A stretch of 64,000 bases of DNA. Source: Diplonema japonicum (lineage: Eukaryota; Protista; Euglenozoa: Diplonemea). Below are positions 32,799 through 43,265 of the stretch, one piece after another. Every line of letters starts with the position of its first letter. Position 1 is the first letter of the stretch. The notes under the pieces are model-generated. The model did not search any database. It was not told the DNA's origin and was given only the letters and a program-made list of their open reading frames with translations. The position numbers and the translations under genes are program-made. The DNA lies in the NCBI GenBank assembly GCA_964019335.1, contig OZ025745.1:186001-250000 (forward strand), given 5' to 3'.

Positions 32799-33122
32799 TC
32801 AGAGCTTGCCGAGGATGTCAGAGTCACCAGCATCCTGGATGGTCATCACATGCGAACGGTAGGTCTTACCACAGGCCGTGCCAAGGTCGATGTTGTTCCC
32901 GTTGTAGTGCAGAACAGAGCACTTCCCGAGCATAGCGTAGTACTCCAGCATACTCTTGCTAATGGCGGGGCAGTTGTTGGAGATGATAACCAGCTTTGCC
33001 TTACCCATCCTGATCGACCCCAGAGCCGACTTTGATCCTAGTGCGTACTTCCCGCTTTTGATCACAAGCTGCAGACGGGAGTTGATGTTCTCCATGGAGC
33101 GCTTAGCCTTCTTGGACACCAT
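32799..33122 (-). CDS. RPL30: 60S ribosomal protein eL30
   Basis: [17 protein letters not shown]...LEYYAML...[12 protein letters not shown]...DAGDSDI. Confidence 0.97.
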   Translation of the reverse strand: MVSKKAKRSMENINSRLQLVIKSGKYALGSKSALGSIRMGKAKLVIISNNCPAISKSMLEYYAMLGKCSVLHYNGNNIDLGTACGKTYRSHVMTIQDAGDSDILGKL

Positions 33123-33722
33123 TTTTTTTTTTTTTTTTTTTTTTTTGCTCAACTTTTTTTTTTGTTTGCCCACTAAACGGAAAGCAGGAGAGAGAGAGAA
33201 CGAAAAAAAAAAAAAAAAAAGAAGAAAAAAAAAAAAAAAAAAACCACTTATTAAACTAATAATAATTCTAAAGTTGAAAGAAAGGACGGGGTGGGGAATG
33301 GGGGTGGGGGCGCACGCAGTTACTTTCCCTTCCCCCCCCCTCCTTCATTTCTTTTTTTTTTTCTTTCCCCGTTTTTTTTTTTTTTTTTTTTTTTTTTTTC
33401 TTTCTTCTTTTTGAATAAGAAAAAGCAATGGAGCAAAAAGAAAGAAAGAAAAAACACCCTTTTTTTCATTTCCCCCCCTTCTCCCTCCAAGGGACACTGG
33501 GGACTACACTATTTGTTCTTCCCGAAGGACAATTGAGGGGGAGGGGCTTTTTTTTTTTTTAAACAATAAAAATAAGCGGGGGCGGCACGGCCCCATAAAC
33601 AGTGTACGGGTTGGGGGACACACTTTAAAAAAAAAAAAAAAAAAGAAGAAACACCTTTCCCCTCCCTTTTTTTTTATTCCTAAGACTGAACTGAATATTT
33701 TATTTTGAGAAAAAAAAAACGT

Positions 33723-33983
33723 ACACGGTAACCAGTTAACTTTTTTTTTCCACCCAAGTCTGTAAGCAGAATTTCCACTGTTTACTTTTTTTCCACTCAA
33801 AATGGCTATTTTTATTTCCAAAAAACTTGTCACAGATAGGCAGGCCTGCGAAGAGGAAGCGTAGGAACCCTCATTACTCAACTGCTGCGCCACAGCCACA
33901 ATCACTCACCGAAGTGCTGTCCTAGTTGAGGTTCCAGCCTTCACTAAGGCGAAGGTAGAAAAAAAGTTATTTGGTTACCGTGT
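33723..33983. other. 260-bp island closed by a 25-bp imperfect inverted repeat (MITE-like or structured RNA)
   Basis: acacggtaaccagttaacttttttt versus aaaaaaagttatttggttaccgtgt; internal stems ctcaact/agttgag, cctgcg/cgtagg, gccttc/gaaggt; no clear target-site duplication. Confidence 0.5.
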
Positions 33984-34052
33984 TTGTTGTTTTCTTTTTT
34001 TTTTTTTCCCTTTTATTTTTTCTCCCCCGCCCTACTTTTTTTTCCCCCCCTT

Positions 34053-34216
34053 CTATTTCTCAGTCTTAAGACGGTGTTCTCTATCTTTGAGCTGAAAGTG
34101 GTTTTTTTTTTTTTTTTTTTTTTTTTTCTTCCGCATACAATTTTTTTAATCTGCTCGAGGGTGTTTGCAGCTCTCTTGTTAGTGCTTCCGTCTTCCTTCG
34201 CCTTCAACTATGGGTG

Positions 34217-34254
<38 letters not shown>

Positions 34255-34348
34255 TTTTAAAATAGACATACATCCTCTGGCTTGTACGGCGCCTTTAGTT
34301 CGACAACGTCCAAAATAACAATGGTGCTGCCATCCCAAGAACACTTGA

Positions 34349-34388
<40 letters not shown>

Positions 34389-34883
34389 CCCTTCCCCCAC
34401 GTACGTTCTCTCAATTGCATCGAATACGTCCTGCGCCTCAATTGTTACATCCGCCCCCATGGAGTACTCCCTCTTCTCACGCGCAGCCCTGGCCCTTTCC
34501 TGAATCTTTTCCGTGTTGATTTTGGGGAGATCACCCTTACGAAACTGCTCGTTGAGGTATGTCTCAGTAGAGTCTGCAACAGGTGTTACCTGTGTTGTGT
34601 TGTGTTGTGTTGTGTGTGGGGGAGGGTGAAGTGTCATACACTAGTCACATATGACGTATTCAGCATTTTGAATGTCTGTCGAGATTTGTTTGTTTGGCTA
34701 CCAGGCTCAACTTTTTTTTTTTTTTTTTGTGTGTGTGTGTGTGTGTGTTCCCATACACAACGCAAGGCAATTTTGCTTTTGATCAAATGCATAAATCACC
34801 CCCTCAAAGGATTCCCCATTGTTGGTTTTTACGCTCACTGTTTTAAAAAAAGAGGGGGAAAAAAAATCAGTTGGGTGTGGTGT

Positions 34884-34918
<35 letters not shown>

Positions 34919-34971
34919 AAAAAAATACCTTTCTTTCCCACCAGCGACTCGGATAGCCCGTCAATTGCCAT
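34053..34971 (-). CDS. LSM12: LSM12-like protein (Lsm plus anticodon-binding domain), 7 exons
   Basis: Removing introns 34838-928, 34711-756, 34590-639, 34351-404, 34208-271 and 34092-138 gives one frame: MAIDGLSESLVGKKVSVKTNNGESFEGVIYAFD...GADVTIEAQDVFDAIERTLKCSWDGSTIVILDVVELKAPY...RLKTEK*. Confidence 0.88.
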
Positions 34972-35114
34972 TTTTATAAAATTTTTCTTTTTTTTTTCCC
35001 CCCCCGGCTGATCAACCTTTTTTTTTTCTTCAAAAAAAAACCTTCTTCCTGTATTTATTTATTTCGGGGGAAAATTGCTAAAAAAAAAAAGAGAGAGAAA
35101 AAAAACTAAAAGAA

Positions 35115-35160
<46 letters not shown>

Positions 35161-35622
35161 AGAAAGGGGTGTGAAAATGGGTCCGATTTTACGGTCAATT
35201 AAGAAAAAAATGGAAAAAAAGAAAATGTAAAGCCAATATCTCCCATTTCACCGTTTCCCCCCTTTCTTTGCTTCAGTCTTTTTTTTTTTTTCTTTTTCTC
35301 TTTCTTTTTTTTTTTTTCCGTGTGCAAAAAGCCAGTAATTGTCCTATCCTTTTTTTTTTCTTCTTCAAAACATTTGCGGAAGAAAAAAAAAGAAAAAAAA
35401 AAAAAAAAAGAAGCAGTGTGATTTATTACTATCTAAAAATAAAATAAAATAAAAAAAAAAAAGATTTTTCCCTTTTCTTTATGTGTGCTCCGAACTTTTA
35501 AACATTTTCTTTTAGAAAAGAAAAAAAGGGGGAAAACTATTTTTTTTTTTTTTTCCGGACACACTACATAATGGGGCTAGGGGTGCTTTTTTTTTTTTTT
35601 TTTTTTTTTTTCCAAAACATTT

Positions 35623-37008
35623 CTAGTCGACCATTTCCTTAGGATCGATCTTTTTGGCGTTGGCCTCCATCTCGGCTTGTTTCTCAGCCTCGACCTCTGC
35701 AGCGGTGGGCATAATCGGTGCGTCCCCCCTGCTGGCCTTGAACGTAATTTCAGCCTTCTCCGTGTCAACCCATTTCCCTCGAGGGTCCTGCCCGTCGGCT
35801 ACAAGACCAGACTGGTCCCTACGCACCACCGGCCATGAATCAATCTTTTTTTTTTTTTTTTTTTTTTTTCCCAATACCTCCTCAAGCCAAGGCATCATGG
35901 TGGCAAGCTTGTGCCTGTATCTGACGTCCTCCACGGGGTTTCTTTCCAAGTAAACTGTTTTCAAGGTTTTCACCTTTTCCAGTTTCTCTACTTCTTTCCA
36001 ATCAGCCACTCTTGCATCGGTCAGCCAGAATTCCTCCATCTTGGGCAGCTGGTCGGCCTCAGTTATGGCGGTGACGGGGTTGAAGCAGAAGTCCAGCAAC
36101 CGTATGTTGGAGAGGTGCGAAATGTTTTCGATTTTTTTGATTCCGTTCTCCGAGAGGTGGAGGTCGGTTAGGGCTGTGTTGTGGAGAAGGGCATCCTGTG
36201 CTACCTCTGTCAGCCTGTTCGCCTGTAGTGAGAGCCTTCTGAGGTGTGTGAGAGTTGTGAGGCCCGACAGCTCCGTGATCTTGTTTTTCCCCAACCACAG
36301 ATCGGCGAGGTTCACCAGCGCGTCCAGCCCTTCGATCTTCCTGATCCGATTTGACCCGAGCTCCAACTGTTTAAGGTTCACCAAGTTCTCCAAATTTTGA
36401 ATCTTCGTGATCTTATTCTCTGTTAAAAATAGAACCTCCAGCTGCGGCATGTTCAAATTCTCTATGATTCTAATGTTGTTATAACTTAAATCCAGCGTTT
36501 TAAGGTTCACCAGACATTCTAAATGTCTGATCGCTTTGATTTTATTGTCGTACAAATCGAGTTCCACAAGGTTTTCGCACAGGTTTGGGGGAAGCGGGTG
36601 AAGGTCGTGGATTAGATTCTGACGCAAAACGAGGTTTTTGCACGCTTTTAGGTCGGCAAAGGTTACCTTTGTCATGTCAAAAATGCGGAGTTGTATCATA
36701 GATACGACTTCCTCATCTGTGGGAATCTGGAGCTCTTCAATGAGTTTTTCTTCGGGGATCTCGTCATCTTCTGCCTCGGGTTTTTCAGCAGGGGTTTCTT
36801 CATCGTCGCTGTCTCCGGTTTTTTCTTTTTCCTTCGAGGCGTCCTTCTCCTCGCCTCCCAGGGCTGCTGCGAATCCCTTTGCAAAACCCTCGTTTTTCTT
36901 CACTTTCGCCTTGCTGGGGTGCACGCAACACCCTTTGCTGGTCTTCCCTACCTTCTCCTCCTCCTTGGGCACATCCTCTTCCTTCTTGTTTTCTTCAGAA
37001 GCAGACAT
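35623..37008 (-). CDS. PPP1R7: Protein phosphatase 1 regulatory subunit 7 (Sds22) LRR protein; 33-nt intron 35845-35877
   Basis: SDS22-type LRRs (LDLYDNKI, LDLSYNNI, LELGSNRI, LWLGKNKI) and LRR cap YLERNPV..YR; removing the in-frame intron restores PWLEE/IDS. Confidence 0.9.
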   Translation of the reverse strand: MSASEENKKEEDVPKEEEKVGKTSKGCCVHPSKAKVKKNEGFAKGFAAALGGEEKDASKEKEKTGDSDDEETPAEKPEAEDDEIPEEKLIEELQIPTDEEVVSMIQLRIFDMTKVTFADLKACKNLVLRQNLIHDLHPLPPNLCENLVELDLYDNKIKAIRHLECLVNLKTLDLSYNNIRIIENLNMPQLEVLFLTENKITKIQNLENLVNLKQLELGSNRIRKIEGLDALVNLADLWLGKNKITELSGLTTLTHLRRLSLQANRLTEVAQDALLHNTALTDLHLSENGIKKIENISHLSNIRLLDFCFNPVTAITEADQLPKMEEFWLTDARVADWKEVEKLEKVKTLKTVYLERNPVEDVRYRHKLATMMPWLEEVLGKKKKKKKKIDSWPVVRRDQSGLVADGQDPRGKWVDTEKAEITFKASRGDAPIMPTAAEVEAEKQAEMEANAKKIDPKEMVD

Positions 37009-37562
37009 TTTTTTTTTTTAAATTCTCCTGTAAAAATTCTTTTTTAAATGTACGGCGGGGGGGGGGGGGGGGGGAAGAAAGGGGAGAGGGTATGGGGGAA
37101 ATAACAAAAAAAAACAAGCTTGAAAGAAAGCATCCCCCCCCCCCCCCCCCCGTCTTCAAGGCATTCAAGTTTCGTTGGGATCAACAATTCAACACGGGGG
37201 GTACACAGTTTACAGTAACTCCCCCCCCCTCCATACCATTTCACACCGGTCCTTTTTTCTTTTCGTCTTCTGTTCTTGCTTTGGAAAGGTGGCAAGATCA
37301 AGAGGGAAGCAGAGAAAGAGAGAGAGAGAGAGAGAGGGGAATAAAAAAAATACTAAACAAGAGACATAAAAAAAAATATATGAGTTAAAGGAGGCCGGTG
37401 TTGGCGGCCTTGAAAAAACAAAATAGGAAAGAGAGAAAACCACGGAATAAAAAAAAAAATAATGGAGCAAACAATAAAAAAAAAAAAAAAAAAAAAAAAA
37501 ACCAACCTCATTTCCAATGATTAAAAAAAAAAAAAACACTCCCCCCCCCCCCCCTCCAAACC

Positions 37563-39345
37563 CTACTCAACTAGTTGCTCAGAACAGGCAATACAAACAC
37601 GAACAGGGGTCTGTTGGTGTTTCTTTATATAAATTATTATTATTATTATTCTTTGTTTGTTATATTCATACCGAGTATCCCATTTCCTCGATGACCCTCC
37701 TCTCCTTCGTGCACTCGTAGCACATTAACTGCCCGCAGCATCTGCAATGGTGCCGTCTGCGGTACCATTTGAACGCGTTTTGACACAAAAAACAATTCTC
37801 GGACGATTCGTCAGAGACCCAAGTAGGCGGGTTTTGGTCGGGGGTCCAAATCGGCGAGGGGTCGGGGTTCGCCTGCGGGTTGTTAAGAAGCAAGTACATG
37901 CTTGGGTTCGCAAGAATTGCGGTGATAAACTCGGGAATAGTAAGATGCTGTGAAGAATGCGAAGTGTGCAGTTGGGAGAATATTGAAGTAGCGAGCTTGC
38001 GAGACCCATCCGGCGCAAGATCTTCAGGATCAGCTGACGTTACAAAGGACGCATTGGATGAAGCAGCAAGAGCAGAGACCTCATGGTTCCACACCCTCGA
38101 TGTTACCACCTCGAGATACCTTTCAAGAGGTATTTTCCCATCCTCTTGTACCGCCTCTGTGATCGCCCGTAGTTTGTCGGCTAAACCACCGTCCATTAAA
38201 AGGATTAGCCCTAATAGGACTAACCGGTATGTTATGCTCCCACCTTGCCACTGTCTGTAGACTTTTGACAGGTTGTTTTCCACAGAATCGATCCCGACTT
38301 CCTCCATGAAGGAAAGAAACTCGTGTTGTGTGGCCTCGTCGTCGAGCGTTTTCGTCCATTTTTTTTGAATTTTCCGCAAGACAGATTTTGTGAGCAGCCC
38401 CGCGGACGATAGTCGGATCCCGGAACGCTGTGTTTGAAGCTTTGCGGAGTCTCGCTCGATTCCTGTACCGAGTTGTATCCGTTTCTCCTGTATGACCTCA
38501 TCTGATATGGATCGCGATGCTTTTTTGGAGTTCGACAGGATTTCATCGATGTTGCACAAGGATGATGCTTCGGAAAAAAGCATTTCCGTGATCTCCTTAG
38601 GAGAGGTAGCTTCCAACAATTTGTCTCTCGTCGAAACAATAACACCGAATACGGTTCTTATGATAGCAATGTCGGGGGAGCACGACCGGAATATCTGCCC
38701 CCACGCAAGTAGACAAGTTTCCGGCGGCAGAATACTCGAAAAGATCCCGACGTAGAAACTAGAGAGGAACGCGGGAACAGACGCACCGATTTTTTTCAAA
38801 TGCGCGGAAAATTCCGGATCGAGTTCGCACAAAAGCCATTGCAGAGTCGCTATGTCGGACAGAGTTGATCTAAAAGATGTGTAAGCAGGCAGAATCATCT
38901 CAGATATGCAAACTATTATCCAAAAACAGTCCTCTTCTTCCAACACCGACGCCAGTAGCATGCACACATCGGCGAATCCTTGAATGTAACCCGCGTTTCT
39001 GTTTCTCAATACAGTTGTGTACAAAACGTTCCGGCAGGTTTCGATGAGCGCGTCTCTTCTTTCGTGTTTCTTCTCCATTTGAAGAAGCGCGGTGTCGATG
39101 TCCCTGTGGACAGTTGCAACATGGACGTCCCTTCTCTCGAGAACTTCTTTCTGCCTGCTCATCCATTTCAAGCTGTCGTAGTACCCCGCCACCTCCTGTG
39201 CCTCAACCTCTGTGTTTCTCAGCCATCCTTTCCAACCCCTCTTCTCGATCATCTGCTTCCATTTCTCCCGCTCCTCGTTGGCCAGCCAGGCGGCTTGTGC
39301 GGCCTCGTTCTTGACTTCAAACCCTAATGTATCGAACACGGTCAT
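37563..39345 (-). CDS. TBC (RabGAP) plus FYVE domain protein, 2 exons (intron 37611 or 37623 to 37671)
   Basis: GYIQGF, EEDCFW and W..D..CFLC..RRRHHCRCCG; splicing adds PVRVCIAC, the last two FYVE cysteines missing from the raw ORF. Confidence 0.85.
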
Positions 39346-39658
39346 ATGTGCATTTTCTTCTTCTTTTTTTTTCTCCCTATTTTTAATGAGGGGGTTACCA
39401 TTGTATTTTTAAAAAAAAAATCTTTTTTGCCACTAAAAAATAAAAATAAATAAACCCGTAAAAAAAAGAGGGGGGGTGGGGAAATAAAAAAGGGGATACC
39501 ACTGACGGGGGGGGGAGAAGTGTTTGCAACTACCCCACACAAGAAAATAATAAAAGGGGGGAAGGGGGAACAAAAAAAAAGGGGGCACCCGGGGGGAGAA
39601 GATAAAAAAAAAAAAAAAAAAAAAAAAACAAAGATTAGAGACGAACACGTGTTCATAC

Positions 39659-39705
39659 TCAGAGGCGGGTGCTGGCACTCCTGAAGGCGCCTGCGGAGGG
39701 ACTGT

Positions 39706-39754
<49 letters not shown>

Positions 39755-40101
39755 TTTTCCCCTTTCGCTATGCATACATTCTGTCCCACTGCGTGTGGGT
39801 GTTGTCAAGCTGCTTGCTCAGCTGGGAAATGTTCCTCTTCTCCTCGGCGGCAAGGAAGAGGGGGAGGTCTGAGGCAACGCTGGTGACGGCTGACTTCCTG
39901 TGATTTTTTTTTTTTTTTTTTTTTCCAAAAAATAAATATTATGTCAACATACTCCTGCGCAATTCGGGGGAACTGCGTACCGTACGCGTAGGTGGCGGAC
40001 GCAAGAAGCGAGGTAGTCGCCGATGTGGAAACAATCTCAATCAAGGCAGTCCTCTTCTGAGACACCAGCGCCTTCCTCATCGGAGCCCTAATAACATTCA
40101 T
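39659..40101 (-). CDS. Small hypothetical protein (about 103 aa), possibly mitochondrial, 3 exons
   Basis: Introns 39898-952 and 39702-777 (GTATG...CAG) give MNVIRAPMRKALVSQKR...IAQEKSAVTSVASDLPLFLAAEEKRN...WDRIPSAGAFRSASTRL*; basic, acid-free N-terminus. Confidence 0.75.
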
Positions 40102-40771
40102 TTTTCTTTTCTCTTTTTTTTTTTTTTTTGCTAATGTCCCTGTTGTAAGTTACGAGGATGGTGGAAAAAAAAAAAAAGAGGGGAAGCATTAGTACCGAAC
40201 CCTCACTTAAAACAAAAAAAAAAATTTTTTTTTCTCCTCCCACTTTTATTTGCCATTACTATTATTTTTTTTTTTCCTCCTTTTTTTTTTTTAAATTCCT
40301 TATCCAACTTCTTGACCGTGGTGACAGAACTGTGCCCCTCGAGATGGAAGGTCACGTTAAAACGGCCCCAAGTGGAACCACGGTGCTGTAGGGGCGCAGC
40401 CCTCCTCCCATTTCCCGCGTTTTCTATATCCCTAGCAAGCGGCAAAGAAGAAGGGGGGAAAAAAGAAAAGAAAAAAAAAAGAAGAGAGAGAGAAAAAAAA
40501 AAAGAAAAAAAAAAAAAACCATTTTCACATAAGGGAGGATAAGGATAAAAAAAAAAAAAAAAAAGATGGCGATGAAACAATAAAAAAAAGGGGGCATCAC
40601 AGGGTCTGTCTGTTTAAAAGAAAAAGAAAAAAAAAACGTGAAATCCACCCCGTTTTATTTAAAGAAGCAAAGGGGGGGGGGGTAGGTACTTGGCATTTGT
40701 TTCCTGCATGCTACCACTACTCTGGAAAACACTAGAAGTCTGTAGTCAACTCTTTTTTTTTTTCTCGCATT

Positions 40772-41187
40772 TCAGGCATCTAAGTTTAATGGGTCGCACA
40801 AAACGTAAGGCGGCAGCTCGTACTTGAAGCCGGTCGAATCGTATATATCTGTCCAAGTTCCTTTAGGAAAAGAAATCTCCGCGGCCTTAAGAATGGCCAG
40901 CGCTAGGGCTTCATCTTGGCACGGTAGTGGAAGTGCAGAGTTTAGAGCGTCCCAAATTTCTTGCCTTTTTTTTTTTATAACTTTTTTTTTTTTTTTCCAT
41001 ACTTCCCCCCGTATGCTGGCTGTGTCTCCCAAAATACCTTCCGTTGCCTGTCCAGTTCATCCCGTGTAGTAGGAACGCTGCTTGACCAGGTCTTGTGCCT
41101 GGGCAGCCCCGTTTCGAGCAAACTCCCCTCTGTCCCGTGGCTCACGCTGCCGCCTTTATCAGGTGATTTCCCGCAACAACCGCCCAT
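40772..41187 (-). CDS. UBTD1/2 (DC-UbP) ubiquitin-binding domain protein, 2 exons (intron 40965-41002)
   Basis: MGGCCG start; FWETQPAYGGK/QEIWDAL...YDSTGFKYELPPYVLCDPLNL; no C-terminal ubiquitin-like domain. Confidence 0.88.
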
Positions 41188-41321
41188 TTTATTATTATTA
41201 TTATTATTTTTTTTTTGGAAAAAAAAACCCCCCCAACCACCACCCCCAACCTTCCTTTTTTTTTTTTTTTTTTGCGAAATTTTGCGGAATTTCTTTTAAA
41301 AAAAAAAAAACAAACACTTCG

Positions 41322-41353
<32 letters not shown>

Positions 41354-41476
41354 CCCCTAAATAAAAAAAAAGCCAGAAAGAGGGGGCTTTTTTTTTTTTT
41401 TCTCGGAAAAAAAACTTTTTTTTATATTTATCGCGTGTATCAATGAGGAGGGAAAGAAAAAAAAAATATATAAATA

Positions 41477-42490
41477 CTACTCCAAAACCTGCCCGCAATC
41501 CGCGATTCTTACAGGTATCTTCACCGACCCGGATTTGCTCCCTTGCTTCTCGATCTTCCTGACAAGGTCGTGGCCCGATTTGACCCTCCCGAAAACAACG
41601 TGCTTCCCGTCCAACCAGCTGGTGCGCCCGGTGGTGACAAAGAACTGAGAGCCGTTGGTGTGTGGCCCATGGTTGGCCATGGAGAGGAGAAAAGGCTCGC
41701 TGTGGCGGTACGCCCCATTGTCGAATTCGTCGGGAAATTTACGACCGTAAATAGAACGACCGCCTTCACCATCAAGGTCCCCTCCTTGACACATGAACCC
41801 AGGGATAATTCTATGAAAGAGAACTCCTTTATAAGACCCAACATCTGTGGAACCAGTGCACAACGCCCTGAAATTTTCCGCGGTTTTCGGAACGACCGTT
41901 GAAAAAAGCTCGAATTCTATTCTACACGGTGCGGTGTTTCCAATTGCAACATCGAAAAAAACCACGGGGTGGCTTGGGTTGCATTTTTCCGGGATTTCTT
42001 TAATGAAGTTTACATCGGCGTCCGAAAACAACCCCGCAAAATAGTAGAAGAACGCTGAAACAACCATCACCACGTAGAGGCCGTAATATTTCACCATCGC
42101 CATGAAGGTGCCTTCTTCAGTACTAACGACGGTGATTATGTAAGTCATGTCCTTCCCATTGCGGTTTGCGAGATTTTCAGGGACTTGAAGCTGGTACTTT
42201 CCCTCGGGTTTTAGTTGCTTGATGACCTTCCTCCATCCATCTACTAGGTCGCCTACCTTGAAGGTGATGCCACCTACTTCGCTTTTATCGACAATCTTCC
42301 CATCGGAGAAGCCCTCGTACTCGACGCTTATCTCGTCGAAGAAGCTGTCCCCGATGGCCTGCCCCGTCCCTTCTGTTATGATTTTCAGGTAAACGCCGTC
42401 CCCGTAATGTGTTCCTTCATTTGTTGTTGTTGTTGTTGTTGTTGTTGCTGTTAACGTAGCGAACAGTACGAGAATCGAGGTTGGGTTCAT
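41477..42490 (-). CDS. Signal peptide - FKBP-like domain - TM - cyclophilin fusion
   Basis: [15 protein letters not shown]; IITEGTG...VEYEG..DGK...GWRKVI...LQVPENLA; [23 protein letters not shown]; [44 protein letters not shown]. Confidence 0.88.
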   Translation of the reverse strand: MNPTSILVLFATLTATTTTTTTTNEGTHYGDGVYLKIITEGTGQAIGDSFFDEISVEYEGFSDGKIVDKSEVGGITFKVGDLVDGWRKVIKQLKPEGKYQLQVPENLANRNGKDMTYIITVVSTEEGTFMAMVKYYGLYVVMVVSAFFYYFAGLFSDADVNFIKEIPEKCNPSHPVVFFDVAIGNTAPCRIEFELFSTVVPKTAENFRALCTGSTDVGSYKGVLFHRIIPGFMCQGGDLDGEGGRSIYGRKFPDEFDNGAYRHSEPFLLSMANHGPHTNGSQFFVTTGRTSWLDGKHVVFGRVKSGHDLVRKIEKQGSKSGSVKIPVRIADCGQVLE

Positions 42491-42668
42491 TTTTTTTTTT
42501 CTTTTTGCTTGGTGTTCCCCCCTGCAAGAAATTATGAAATGATTGAAAAAAAAAAAAAAAAAAAAAAAAAACGGACGATTATACCATTGAATGAAAAACA
42601 AGGGGAAGAGTTCACTGTTTGATGGGAAGGGGGGGAAAGGTCTAATCAACAACGAGAACGAACGGAGG

Positions 42669-42701
<33 letters not shown>

Positions 42702-43091
42702 AAATAAGTGAAACAATATTTTTTTTTTTTAAAATTGAGTTTACTAAGCAAATAGTCCTGCTAAAAAAAAAGGGGGGGGGGAGAAGAAGAAAAACCATAA
42801 CACCTGCAAACCCCTGTACCCGCCCCGTTTCACAAGTTCTTCCTTTCTTTTTGCGTAACTTGAGCACATTACTGATGTCAGAATGTGAAGACTACCCACA
42901 CCCCAAAAAAAAAAAGAAAAAAAAAAAAGAAAAAAAAAAACGAATGTCCGTAAACCGTAAAAACCTTTTTTCCATTTTTTTTTCTTCTTTTTTTTTTCCA
43001 TAATAATCAAAATGAACTCACATAAACGGATTGCTCAGCACGAAATCACATGGTCTTGTTAAGCACGTGTTTTCGCACTCTCCATCTCGCC

Positions 43092-43123
<32 letters not shown>

Positions 43124-43265
43124 GACGAAATTGACTCGAATGCAAATGTGGGAGAAAGGAGCTGGGTGGAAGATATATTATTTTTTGAAGGCAACACTCA
43201 AAAGGTTTTTTTCTTTTTTTTTTTTTTTTTTTTTCTTCTTCTTTCTAAAAAAATTCTATTTTCCT

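Noticed and set aside
40315-40399. HDV-like ribozyme
   Set aside because: Crossed helices are present, but no correctly sized P3/L3, P1.1, P4 or catalytic C joiner.
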